This document shows, one piece after another, positions 19,510 to 27,232 of a stretch of 36,281 bases of DNA. Position 1 is the first letter of the stretch. Each line of letters starts with the position of its first letter. Source of the stretch: Gammaproteobacteria bacterium RIFCSPLOWO2_02_FULL_56_15 (lineage in GTDB: Bacteria; Pseudomonadota; Gammaproteobacteria; Eutrophobiales; Eutrophobiaceae); assembly GCA_001801825.1 (NCBI GenBank), contig MGYR01000135.1, positions 1-36,281 of the forward strand. Reading direction: 5' to 3'. A program made the translations under genes and the position numbers. Below the pieces are notes generated by a model. That model was not told the DNA's origin. It was given only the letters and a program-made list of their open reading frames with translations, and did not search any database.

Positions 19510-19822
19510 GGGCCTGTAGCTCAGTTGGTTAGAGCAGTGGACTCATCAGTAATGGTGCGTTCATACCGAGAGGTATGAAATGAACGGGATGAATTCAGGG
19601 AACCCTTAGCAACTCAGTTGATGGGAACCCTGAGCCAAGCCGGAGGTACACCTCCGGAAGGTGCAGAGACTACCTGGGAACTTGAGTGTTCTTAATCACA
19701 GGCTGGAGCGTCCCGCTCCCCAGCGACTCCGGTTGCGGGAGATGAGATAGTCCACTCCTGCCAGAAATGGCAGGACAGAGTGAATCCATTGGTCGTAGGT
19801 TCGAGTCCTACCGGGCCCACCA
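19510..19822 (+). tRNA. ileX: tRNA-Ile2 (anticodon CAT, lysidine type), split gene: exon 1 19510-19546, exon 2 19783-19822
   Basis: Joined exons give a 77-nt cloverleaf: GGGCCTG/CGGGCCC acceptor stem, D arm GCTC..GAGC, anticodon arm GTGGA-CTCATAA-TCCAT, T arm GTAGG-TTCGAGT-CCTAC, ACCA end. C4-G69 and C5-G68 TilS determinants are present, and G1-C72 argues against fMet. Same position after rpoD as E. coli ileX. Confidence 0.92.
19547..19782 (+). ncRNA. Group I self-splicing intron, 236 nt, no ORF
   Basis: P1 CAU^CA-GUAA-UGGUG with U.G at the splice site. P2 UUCAUACC-GAGA-GGUAUGAA. P3 CGGGAUG(19585-91)/CGUCCCG(19709-15). P4 UUCAGGG/CCCUGAG. P6a CCGGAGG-UACA-CCUCCGG. R GCAGAGACUA and S GAGAUAGUCC form P7. 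P8 CUCCC..GGGAG. P9 CCUGCCA-GAAA-UGGCAGG. Terminal omega-G at 19782. Confidence 0.95.
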
Positions 19823-19985
19823 TTTACTTTTCGCTCGATTGAATCGAAGAGTACGCACCTATCGACACTTACCAGTGAATAAGAATAGCTTGTATACTTC
19901 TTCAGGAAGGTTACCTGTTGCACCTACGACAGATCCCAGGATTTGCACAGGGTAATCGTCATAATTGCGAGATAGAAACCATTGC

Positions 19986-20375
19986 ATGTCAGATCTCAGA
20001 CAAAATCCCAGAATCCCCGAAAATGCGGATGTCTCAGTCAGGATCGAGTCCTCACCTGAGGCGAGAAATCTTGAAGGCAGGGTTTTTATCTCGAACTCCA
20101 TCGATATTTCATTGGGCGGCCTGCAGATAACTGTGGAATTTCCGATTCCGGTGGACGCATCACTAGAGCTGAAAGTCACTTTTCATTCCTCTTCCAAAAC
20201 ATATTGGCACAAGGGCATTGTTATCTGGGATGATGAACTGGACAGTCACGGGAAGGAATATAAAATGCACAGGGTCGGAGTGGAATTCAATACCCTGGAT
20301 AACCCACAATTTTTTGCCTGGCGGGCGGCCATATCCGAGTTGTTGAATAAATCCACGGATACAGGATCTTCCTAA
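19986..20375 (+). CDS. PilZ domain (c-di-GMP receptor) protein
   Basis: RxxxR motif (RQNPR), DISLGG motif and C-terminal VGVEF. Start taken at ATG 19986. Confidence 0.82.
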   Translation: MSDLRQNPRIPENADVSVRIESSPEARNLEGRVFISNSIDISLGGLQITVEFPIPVDASLELKVTFHSSSKTYWHKGIVIWDDELDSHGKEYKMHRVGVEFNTLDNPQFFAWRAAISELLNKSTDTGSS

Positions 20376-20467
20376 TCCGGTCACAAAAGCGGACTGGAAT
20401 CGATGCTGGGTGTGCGTGTGCATCCAGTGGATTTCGATTACAGCATCATCTGAAGGAGGGAAACAAC

Positions 20468-22150
20468 TTGAGAATCATCCTGACCCTAGGTCTCCTACTA
20501 TTTTTCCAGGTACAGGCAGCCAGCCCGGGAGCGATCCATGCCAGCGAGGGGATGGTGGTATCACGATCCGCTCTGGCCTCAACCGCCGGGGTGGAAATTA
20601 TGAAATCTGGCGGAAATGCCATTGATGCTGCCGTCGCCACTGGCTTTGCCCTGGCAGTCACCTACCCTTCCGCAGGAAACCTGGGGGGAGGTGGCTTTGC
20701 CGTTATCCAGTTGCAGGATGGCACTGTGGTTACACTGGACCACAGGGAAACCGCACCCGGTCACGCCAGTCGCGATATGTATCTCGACAAAGACGGCACA
20801 GTGATACAAGGATTGTCGCGACAAAGCCATGCTTCCTCCGGTGTCCCTGGAACCGTTGATGGACTGCTGACCCTGCTGGAAAAATACGGCACAAAAACCC
20901 GACGGGAGGTCATGGCAACTGCCATCCGGCTGGCGCGCGAAGGTTTTCCACTTTCGCGGGACATGACCGAGCAGTTTGCCGGCGTCCTTGGTTTTATGCA
21001 GGACCACCCGACATCTCACAAGGTCTTCAGCAATAATGGACAGGCCTACCGCGAAGGAGATCTCTGGAAGCAACCCGATCTGGCGGATACGCTGGAAATA
21101 ATTGCCGAAAAAGGACGTGATGGTTTCTATAATGGCAGGATTGCAGAACTCATCGTTGCGGAAATGCAGCGTGGCAACGGCCTGATATCCCTGCAGGACC
21201 TCACGAATTACCGATCAGTCTGGCGCGAGCCGGTGCATGGGACTTACCGAGGCTATGATATCTGGGGTATGCCGCCACCATCCTCTGGCGGTGTATTGGT
21301 CGTGGAGATGCTGAACATGCTGGAACCCCATGACCTGGCCGGTATGGGCTGGGGCAGCGCCGCTGCCGTGCACGTGCTGATAGAATCGGAGCGTCGTGCC
21401 TATGCAGATCGATCCGAATATCTTGGAGATCCTGACTACTACCCCGTCCCGGTATCGAAGTTGATCGCCAAGGATTATGCACGCCAGCGCTTTAGCGACT
21501 TTCGTGCAGATCAGGCGAGCAACAGCGCTACCATCACACCCGGCAAATGGTCGGAAGAAAGTATCGAAACCACGCACTTTTCAACCATGGATGCCGCAGG
21601 TAATGCGGTTGCCCTGACAACGACTTTAAACAGCAGCTTCGGGAACCGGATCGTGGTCACGGGTGCCGGTTTTTTGCTGAACAACGAAATGGATGATTTT
21701 TCCATCAGGGAAAACACGGCCAATCAGTATGGTCTACTGGGTCGGGAAGCGAACTCTATCGAGGCCGGCAAGCGGATGCTGAGTTCCATGTCACCCACCA
21801 TCGTCAGCAGGGAGGGGAAACCCTACCTGATAACCGGCTCCCCGGGCGGCTCAACCATCATCACCACCGTACTCCAGGTCATTGTCAACGTGATCGATCA
21901 CAAGATGGGGATCGAGGATGCCGTTGCCCTGCCCAGGTTTCACCACCAATGGCAGCCCGACGGTGTCATCTATGATCCCTTTGCCATCTCACCCGACACT
22001 CTCGCGATCCTGGGGAAAATGGGACACAAGGGATTCCGCAATTTTCCCTTCGGCGGTGGGCTCGGCGATGCCAACTCCATTCTGGTCAAAGAAGGGGAAT
22101 TGCTCGGTATGAAAGACCCACGCAACGAGGGCCTGGCAGTAGGCTACTAG
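20468..22150 (+). CDS. ggt: Gamma-glutamyltransferase
   Basis: TTG start after GGAGGG, signal peptide, GGNAIDAAVA, PPPSSGG, autocleavage ETTHFS, LNNEMDDF, SSMSPT, GSPGG, PRFHHQW. Confidence 0.95.
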   Translation: MRIILTLGLLLFFQVQAASPGAIHASEGMVVSRSALASTAGVEIMKSGGNAIDAAVATGFALAVTYPSAGNLGGGGFAVIQLQDGTVVTLDHRETAPGHASRDMYLDKDGTVIQGLSRQSHASSGVPGTVDGLLTLLEKYGTKTRREVMATAIRLAREGFPLSRDMTEQFAGVLGFMQDHPTSHKVFSNNGQAYREGDLWKQPDLADTLEIIAEKGRDGFYNGRIAELIVAEMQRGNGLISLQDLTNYRSVWREPVHGTYRGYDIWGMPPPSSGGVLVVEMLNMLEPHDLAGMGWGSAAAVHVLIESERRAYADRSEYLGDPDYYPVPVSKLIAKDYARQRFSDFRADQASNSATITPGKWSEESIETTHFSTMDAAGNAVALTTTLNSSFGNRIVVTGAGFLLNNEMDDFSIRENTANQYGLLGREANSIEAGKRMLSSMSPTIVSREGKPYLITGSPGGSTIITTVLQVIVNVIDHKMGIEDAVALPRFHHQWQPDGVIYDPFAISPDTLAILGKMGHKGFRNFPFGGGLGDANSILVKEGELLGMKDPRNEGLAVGY

Positions 22151-22161
22151 ATAGCCATCGG

Positions 22162-22932
22162 ATGATGCAGGTCCTGCTCATCGATGCATTGAACCTGATC
22201 AGGCGCCTCTATGAGGCACTGCCCCATGGTCCGGATACCATACATCCGGACAACATGGACAATGCCGCACACACCCTTGAGCGTGTCCTGCGCCTGCATT
22301 CACCGAGTCACGCCTGCTGCGTGTTTGACAGTCGCGGCCCCACTTGGCGTCATGAGATATTCAGCGACTACAAGGCCAACCGCAAGGCCACGCCACGCCC
22401 CCTGCTGGAGGCGCTGCCCGGATTTTCCCAACGATTTCAGGACCTCGGTATCCGCTCGGTATCCGTACCCGGTTTCGAGGCGGATGACGTGATCGCCACC
22501 CTGGCCCAGGGGATCAGCCAAAGACATGGCCACGTCACCATCCTGTCGACGGACAAGGGTTATCTGCCACTGCTGGGAATACGGATCCGGGTTTATGATC
22601 ATTTCAACCAGCAGACCTATTCACCGGAATCGGTACTGACTAAATACGGTGTCCGGCACGACCAACTTATCGACTACTGGGCGCTTGCAGGCGATCCAGT
22701 CAGTAACATCAAGGGGGTCCCTAAAATCGGGGCAAAGACCACCCAAAACCTGCTGCAGGAATTCGGTACGCTGGATGCCCTGTTTGAACATCCACCCGAG
22801 GGCGCTGTCGGTCGGCGGATCCTGGAACACCGCGACGCTCTGGAGCTCTACCGCCGGCTGCTCCAGCTCCGAACCGACCTCACTGTGGGGCTCAACCTGA
22901 AGGAACTGCGATACCCCACCAAGTCAGCCTGA
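22162..22932 (+). CDS. xni: Flap endonuclease Xni (ExoIX, 5'-3' exonuclease family)
   Basis: LLIDALNLIRR, YKANR, EADDVIATLA, STDKGY, DYWALAGD..GVPKIGAKT. Confidence 0.88.
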   Translation: MMQVLLIDALNLIRRLYEALPHGPDTIHPDNMDNAAHTLERVLRLHSPSHACCVFDSRGPTWRHEIFSDYKANRKATPRPLLEALPGFSQRFQDLGIRSVSVPGFEADDVIATLAQGISQRHGHVTILSTDKGYLPLLGIRIRVYDHFNQQTYSPESVLTKYGVRHDQLIDYWALAGDPVSNIKGVPKIGAKTTQNLLQEFGTLDALFEHPPEGAVGRRILEHRDALELYRRLLQLRTDLTVGLNLKELRYPTKSA

Positions 22933-22940
22933 TTTTCTCC

Positions 22941-22970
22941 TTGAAAGTTCTCCGAAGGTACTCTTATACT
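22941..22970 (+). promoter_or_regulatory. dinB sigma70 promoter with an embedded GTTC-N7-GTAC candidate LexA box (22947-22961)
   Basis: TTGAAA-18 bp-TATACT. The spacer contains GTTC-TCCGAAG-GTAC. Confidence 0.5.
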
Positions 22971-22981
22971 CCAAGGTTCCC

Positions 22982-23996
22982 ATGGCGGACTTTTCAGAAA
23001 ATACGTTCTGGCAACGGGCCATCGCCCTGGTGGACATGAATGCCTTCTTCGCCTCGATAGAGCAACGCGATAATCCGGCGCTCTACGGCAGGCCCGTGGC
23101 CGTCACCAACGGGCTTACCGGTACCTGCATCATCACCTGCTCCTACGAAGCCAGGGACTGCGGCATCCACACTGGAATGCGTATCCGGGAAGCCCTCCGG
23201 CTCTGCCCGGTTCTGCTGGTACAGCGACCGGCCAACCCGGAACGCTACGCCAGGGTATCCAGCAACATCATGGCGGCCCTGCAGGACATCAGCCCTGACA
23301 TGGAGGTCTTTTCCGTGGATGAGGCTTTCCTGGACGTCACGCGCTGCCAGCGGCTCTGGGGATATCCCGTGCAGATTCAAACAGAGGGTGTTCCAGGCCT
23401 CTGGGGTACGCTGCTCGGTGGGCATGAGCGGGGACAAAACCACCGCCAAATACGCCGCTAAGCTGCAGAAACCCGACGGGCTCACCCTGATCCCGCCTTG
23501 GCAGGCACGGGAACGACTGCGGAATGTCCCGGTTACCGGGCTAGGTGGTATTAACCAGGGAATCGGCGCTTTTCTGGCCGACCGTGGCGTCTTTACCTGT
23601 GGCGATATGGACAGGATACCTATCAGTACACTGGGGCAGCGTTTCGGCAATCCCGGCCGCCGTATCTGGTACATGTGCCGCGGCGAGGATCCGGACAAGG
23701 TCCAGGGGCATATCCATCCCCCGAAATCCGTCGGTCACGGGAAAGTGATGCCGCCGGATACCCGGGATAATGATCTGATCTTCATGCACGCACTGCACCT
23801 CAACCGGGCACTGGATCTGATCAATGAACGTTTCGGCGAATTCACCATCGCCCCGGCGAAACTATTGCACCGCTCCGATATGCCGAATGTCATCGCACCG
23901 GCCTGGAAGCCCTACGGCCACCGGCAGACCATCCCTTCCACCCGGCCGCAACGACGCCGGGATACGTCCGGAAAGGTGCATGATATGGATTGGTGA
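22982..23996 (+). pseudogene. dinB: Y-family DNA polymerase IV, frameshifted at about 23378 and apparently lacking most of the little-finger domain
   Basis: ORF 22982-23461 has VDMNAFFASIEQ, SYEAR and SVDEAFLD. Homology continues in another frame (KQRV...CSVG..DKTTAKYAAKLQKPDG...KSVGHGKV), then jumps to the C-terminal LDLINERFG motif. Confidence 0.85.
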
Positions 23997-24020
23997 AACC
24001 TCCGCTAAAAGTTTTTTATA

Positions 24021-24665
24021 TCAGGGAGCAAGTCGCTGCATCACCCAAGCACGGTCTCCCGAAAGCGCATAACAGATCCGGTCATGCAACCTGCTCTCCC
24101 TTCCCTGCCAGAATTCGATGGTTTCCGGTTTTACGCGGTAACCAATCCATTCGGTGGGGCGTGGTACGGGTCGGTCGCCGTACATCACCTCGAGTTCTCC
24201 CATTCTTTCATCAAGAACTTTCCTGCCTGTAATTACACTGCTTTGTTTCGCGGCCCAGGCACCCAGTCTGCTGGCATATGGACGTGATTGGAAATACTCA
24301 TCTGCTTCGGTATTACTGACGTGGCTTACTACCCCGGCGATTCGCACCTGGCGATCCAGCACAGGCCAGTAAAACAGCAGGGATGCCCTGGGGTTTTCCG
24401 CCAGTTGCCGGCCTTTCGGACTGTCTGCATGGCTGTAAAAAACAAATCCGTCACTATCATAATCCTTCAGCAGGACTATCCTGACAGAGGGCATCCCATC
24501 GCTGCCGGCGGTAGCCAGTGACATGGCATTGGGCAGGTCGATGCCTGCCGTTCTCGCTTCCTCAAACCAGCGGTGGAACTGCTCAACAGGATCGGCGGAC
24601 ATTTCCGCCTCTGTCAGCGAGGCATACAGGTATTCACGCCTAATTACAGAGATATCCTTGTTCAT
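24021..24665 (-). CDS. pdxH: Pyridoxamine 5'-phosphate oxidase
   Basis: RREY, PNAMSLAT, RIVLLK, RQVRIAG, YFQSRP, EFWQGRESRLHDR, RLAP. Start set at ATG 24665 (MNKDISVIRREY). Confidence 0.95.
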   Translation of the reverse strand: MNKDISVIRREYLYASLTEAEMSADPVEQFHRWFEEARTAGIDLPNAMSLATAGSDGMPSVRIVLLKDYDSDGFVFYSHADSPKGRQLAENPRASLLFYWPVLDRQVRIAGVVSHVSNTEADEYFQSRPYASRLGAWAAKQSSVITGRKVLDERMGELEVMYGDRPVPRPTEWIGYRVKPETIEFWQGRESRLHDRICYALSGDRAWVMQRLAP

Positions 24666-24676
24666 GGAAATTATCG

Positions 24677-25057
24677 TTAGATGGTTATAAATACCCGATT
24701 CCGGGCGATGGCGATGATACAGAAGAACACCAGCCACGCCCCGGTCAATGATAACACTCTGTGCCGTTTAGTTCTGCCGTATCGGAGGGCGATCGCACCA
24801 AGCAGGATATACAAGAGAAGCCCACCCAGTTTGAGTAGCAACCATGGCTGCATGAATACCCCGTTATAAAACACCAGGACAAGAGAAACCCCACTCGCCA
24901 GCAGCAGCGCATCAATGACATGCGGGACAATTCTCACCACTTTGCGTCGCAGCAAGCTGTTGCCAGTGATCATCCAGTACCCCCGTAAACTGAATGTTAT
25001 AAAGGTAAGCAAAACGCAGGCCAAGTGTATGGATTTCAAATGGATATACCAGTGCAT
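24677..25057 (-). CDS. SirB2 family membrane protein
   Basis: Y..LKSIHL..RG...PHVIDALLLASG...WLLLKL..LYILLG, with 4 TM segments. Confidence 0.85.
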   Translation of the reverse strand: MHWYIHLKSIHLACVLLTFITFSLRGYWMITGNSLLRRKVVRIVPHVIDALLLASGVSLVLVFYNGVFMQPWLLLKLGGLLLYILLGAIALRYGRTKRHRVLSLTGAWLVFFCIIAIARNRVFITI

Positions 25058-25156
25058 ACTGTATACTATACCTCGCTACGCTACGGCATGATGATTGGAT
25101 CAATCGCATGCCTGCTTGGATTATAATCACTGGCAACCGCTTACGGGATCAGGAAA

Positions 25157-25423
25157 ATGACCGACAAGCAATTACAGGAAAAGCTTGAAAAACTGCGCCA
25201 TGAGGTAGACCGAGTCGCCGGTGATGATCCCGGAGCCAGGGAACAACTGGACCGGCTGATTCGCGAGATCGAGAAACGGCTGGCACTTCCGTCTGATTCT
25301 GAACTCCATGACAACCTGTTGCTTGGGCTGAAGGATACCATCAGCCAGTTCGAAACCGACCATCCCCGTGCCACGGCGATACTCAATGACATCATGGTGC
25401 TGCTGAGCAACGTGGGAATTTAA
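25157..25423 (+). CDS. DUF4404-like small helical protein
   Basis: Ends FETDHPRATAILNDIMVLLSNVGI, the pattern typical of this family. SD AGGA upstream. Confidence 0.75.
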   Translation: MTDKQLQEKLEKLRHEVDRVAGDDPGAREQLDRLIREIEKRLALPSDSELHDNLLLGLKDTISQFETDHPRATAILNDIMVLLSNVGI

Positions 25424-25593
25424 TCGTACCGCCAAATAGCAGTAACCCTGGACAAATGTTCGCGGTCAGAGGGCTTCTTTTCCCGAAGCTGGTCGCTTTT
25501 TTTTATCACTAGATATCTTCATAAATATCGGCAACCGGCCAACCACAATACGGGAAGATGCCAGGTTTGGCGCCATATCAAGGTACAATTTTC

Positions 25594-26307
25594 TTACCCC
25601 ACCAATTTTTGTCCGAGCATACCGATAAAAAACCCCAGCGACGCCCCTAATGCCGGACTCCAGTCTTTCCCCGTATGAGACATCGGGGCGATATCCTGAA
25701 ATGTCAGATATATGATACCCCCTCCGGCGAAAAGCATAAGCGCGGCAATTGCTGACGGATGGTTGTGAAGTAAATGGAATCCCAAACAAGAAGCAATCAT
25801 GCCGGATAAGCTCAGGGGTAATAATATTAATAAAGACTTGTTTGGAGAAAATCCATTTTTCACCAATTCTTTAAATGAATTAAATCCCTCCGGCAAATTC
25901 TGTAATCCTATGAATATTGCTAACAATAACCCCAAGTCTTTATCATGGGCGAAAACTGCCCCCAGCGCTATTGCCTCCGGAATGAAATCAATCATCATAG
26001 CCATTAACTGGGAAACGGCCGTCCCGCTCCTTCCAATTTTCCTGACAAGAAGAAAAAATGCAAATGCGCCTGACAAAAAAAATACTGCAATATAAGGAAT
26101 TGAAAGCGATTCAATACCACGAGGCACCAAGACAAATGAGACAGCAGCAACCAGCACTCCTCCCCCGAATGCAATCATTGCGTGAAGTATGCGTTCTTTG
26201 TATTTACTATCCGGGAAGCTGTCTAATCTTGATAACCCTCCGCCTATTAGGATGGTTATCCCGGATGTAAACGCGTAAAGGCTAACTGTTAAATATTCCG
26301 AAGTTAT
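25594..26307 (-). CDS. ZIP (GufA/ZupT-like) divalent metal transporter with probable non-canonical ATA start
   Basis: AFGGGVL, DFIPEAIALG, IGLQNLPEGF, FAGGGIIY. The frame stays open for 43+ codons upstream of the track start (26178), encodes TM1, and reaches AGGAG-aa-ATA ATA ATA with an in-frame TAA just beyond. Confidence 0.8.
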   Translation of the reverse strand: MTSEYLTVSLYAFTSGITILIGGGLSRLDSFPDSKYKERILHAMIAFGGGVLVAAVSFVLVPRGIESLSIPYIAVFFLSGAFAFFLLVRKIGRSGTAVSQLMAMMIDFIPEAIALGAVFAHDKDLGLLLAIFIGLQNLPEGFNSFKELVKNGFSPNKSLLILLPLSLSGMIASCLGFHLLHNHPSAIAALMLFAGGGIIYLTFQDIAPMSHTGKDWSPALGASLGFFIGMLGQKLVG

Positions 26308-26490
26308 TATTATTTCTCCTGGTTAATCCCATCCAGAAAAAAGCAACGTGCTACTGTACAACATCCGGTTAAAACCCAGCTGACAAACACCGTACTAAAA
26401 GTTTTACAAGATAAATTTGCAATGTCGGTTTACATCTCCCAGAAAAGCGGCCTCGTTTTCAGGGTTGTTGAAATGCTTTGCAGCCTGAGC

Positions 26491-26523
26491 CGCCAGATTG
26501 ATACTTTTGTATTCAATCTGGCG
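26491..26523. terminator. Hairpin downstream of the cus-like operon
   Basis: CGCCAGATTGATAC-tttt-GTA(T)TCAATCTGGCG, a 14-bp stem with one bulge, about 40 bp after the DUF2231 stop. Confidence 0.55.
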
Positions 26524-26563
26524 AGACTCAAAATAATAGGAGGCTGCGCCTAGTGAACATGGA

Positions 26564-27232
26564 TCAGTGCTGATGGCTTTCATGATCATGATTTTCTGCA
26601 GTGTCCTCCGGCATCTGGCTTTCCGTTTCATGGTGTATGTCATCAGTTGCCGAGTGTATTTGGGAACCTTCGTCCTGATGACCGGCATCTTCCTGCAACG
26701 CCGTCGTATCCACATTATGGTCATTATCAACCGGCGTGGAGTGGTCATGTGAAGCATGGCCATGCTCACCGGATTCGTTCTGCGGAAGGGAAATAACACC
26801 TATACCATGCCGGTAAACAACCTCGGCACCTCTCCAGGCAGTGCTTCCCAACATCATGCCGGCAAGCAGAAGCGTACCAAGAAAGATGTACCCGGGCTGT
26901 GACCGACTCCTTACACGCCATAAGGAATAAACAGACAAAACAATAAACAACGCCAATGTCGCCAATGCCCAGTTCCTGTGGTCCGTCATTGCTGCATGTG
27001 AGAGGGTACTGTTGTGCACCACGCTGTTATAGGCAAACCACCCGGCGATGGCGGTAATAATTCCGAACCCTGTGCCAAGCCAGAGATCCCAACGTGCCAA
27101 TATTTCAAACTGTTGCTTGATCCTTCCTTCAGGCAAGAATGGATAAAGAATATGGAAACCAACAGTAAGACTCAATAATGCAACAGTAAAGTGCACAAAT
27201 ACCGGGTGCCAATTAGGGATGATTTCAAACAT
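26564..27232 (-). CDS. DUF2231-like membrane protein with His/Asp-rich C-terminal tail
   Basis: WHPVFVHF...H...GAEVVYRHGIG pattern, 4 TM segments, tail ending HDHESHQH. Overlaps the cusA stop. Confidence 0.8.
   Translation of the reverse strand: MFEIIPNWHPVFVHFTVALLSLTVGFHILYPFLPEGRIKQQFEILARWDLWLGTGFGIITAIAGWFAYNSVVHNSTLSHAAMTDHRNWALATLALFIVLSVYSLWRVRSRSQPGYIFLGTLLLAGMMLGSTAWRGAEVVYRHGIGVISLPQNESGEHGHASHDHSTPVDNDHNVDTTALQEDAGHQDEGSQIHSATDDIHHETESQMPEDTAENHDHESHQH

Noticed and set aside
19510..19822. Reading the CAT tRNA as tRNA-Met/fMet, or the 3' half as a prophage att duplication
   Set aside because: G1-C72 pair, no GGG/CCC anticodon stem, C4-G69/C5-G68 and the position after rpoD all indicate Ile2. 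The halves are complementary rather than duplicated, and no integrase or second copy of the tRNA 3' end was seen.
19696..19955. Short ORFs overlapping the intron and 3' exon as a possible homing endonuclease
   Set aside because: Only 62-75 aa, they run through structured RNA and the tRNA exon, and they have no LAGLIDADG, HNH, GIY-YIG or PD-(D/E)xK motif.
26352..26371. TACTGTACAACATCCGGTTA as an E. coli-type SOS box
   Set aside because: The spacer is one base short and the right half-site is mismatched.
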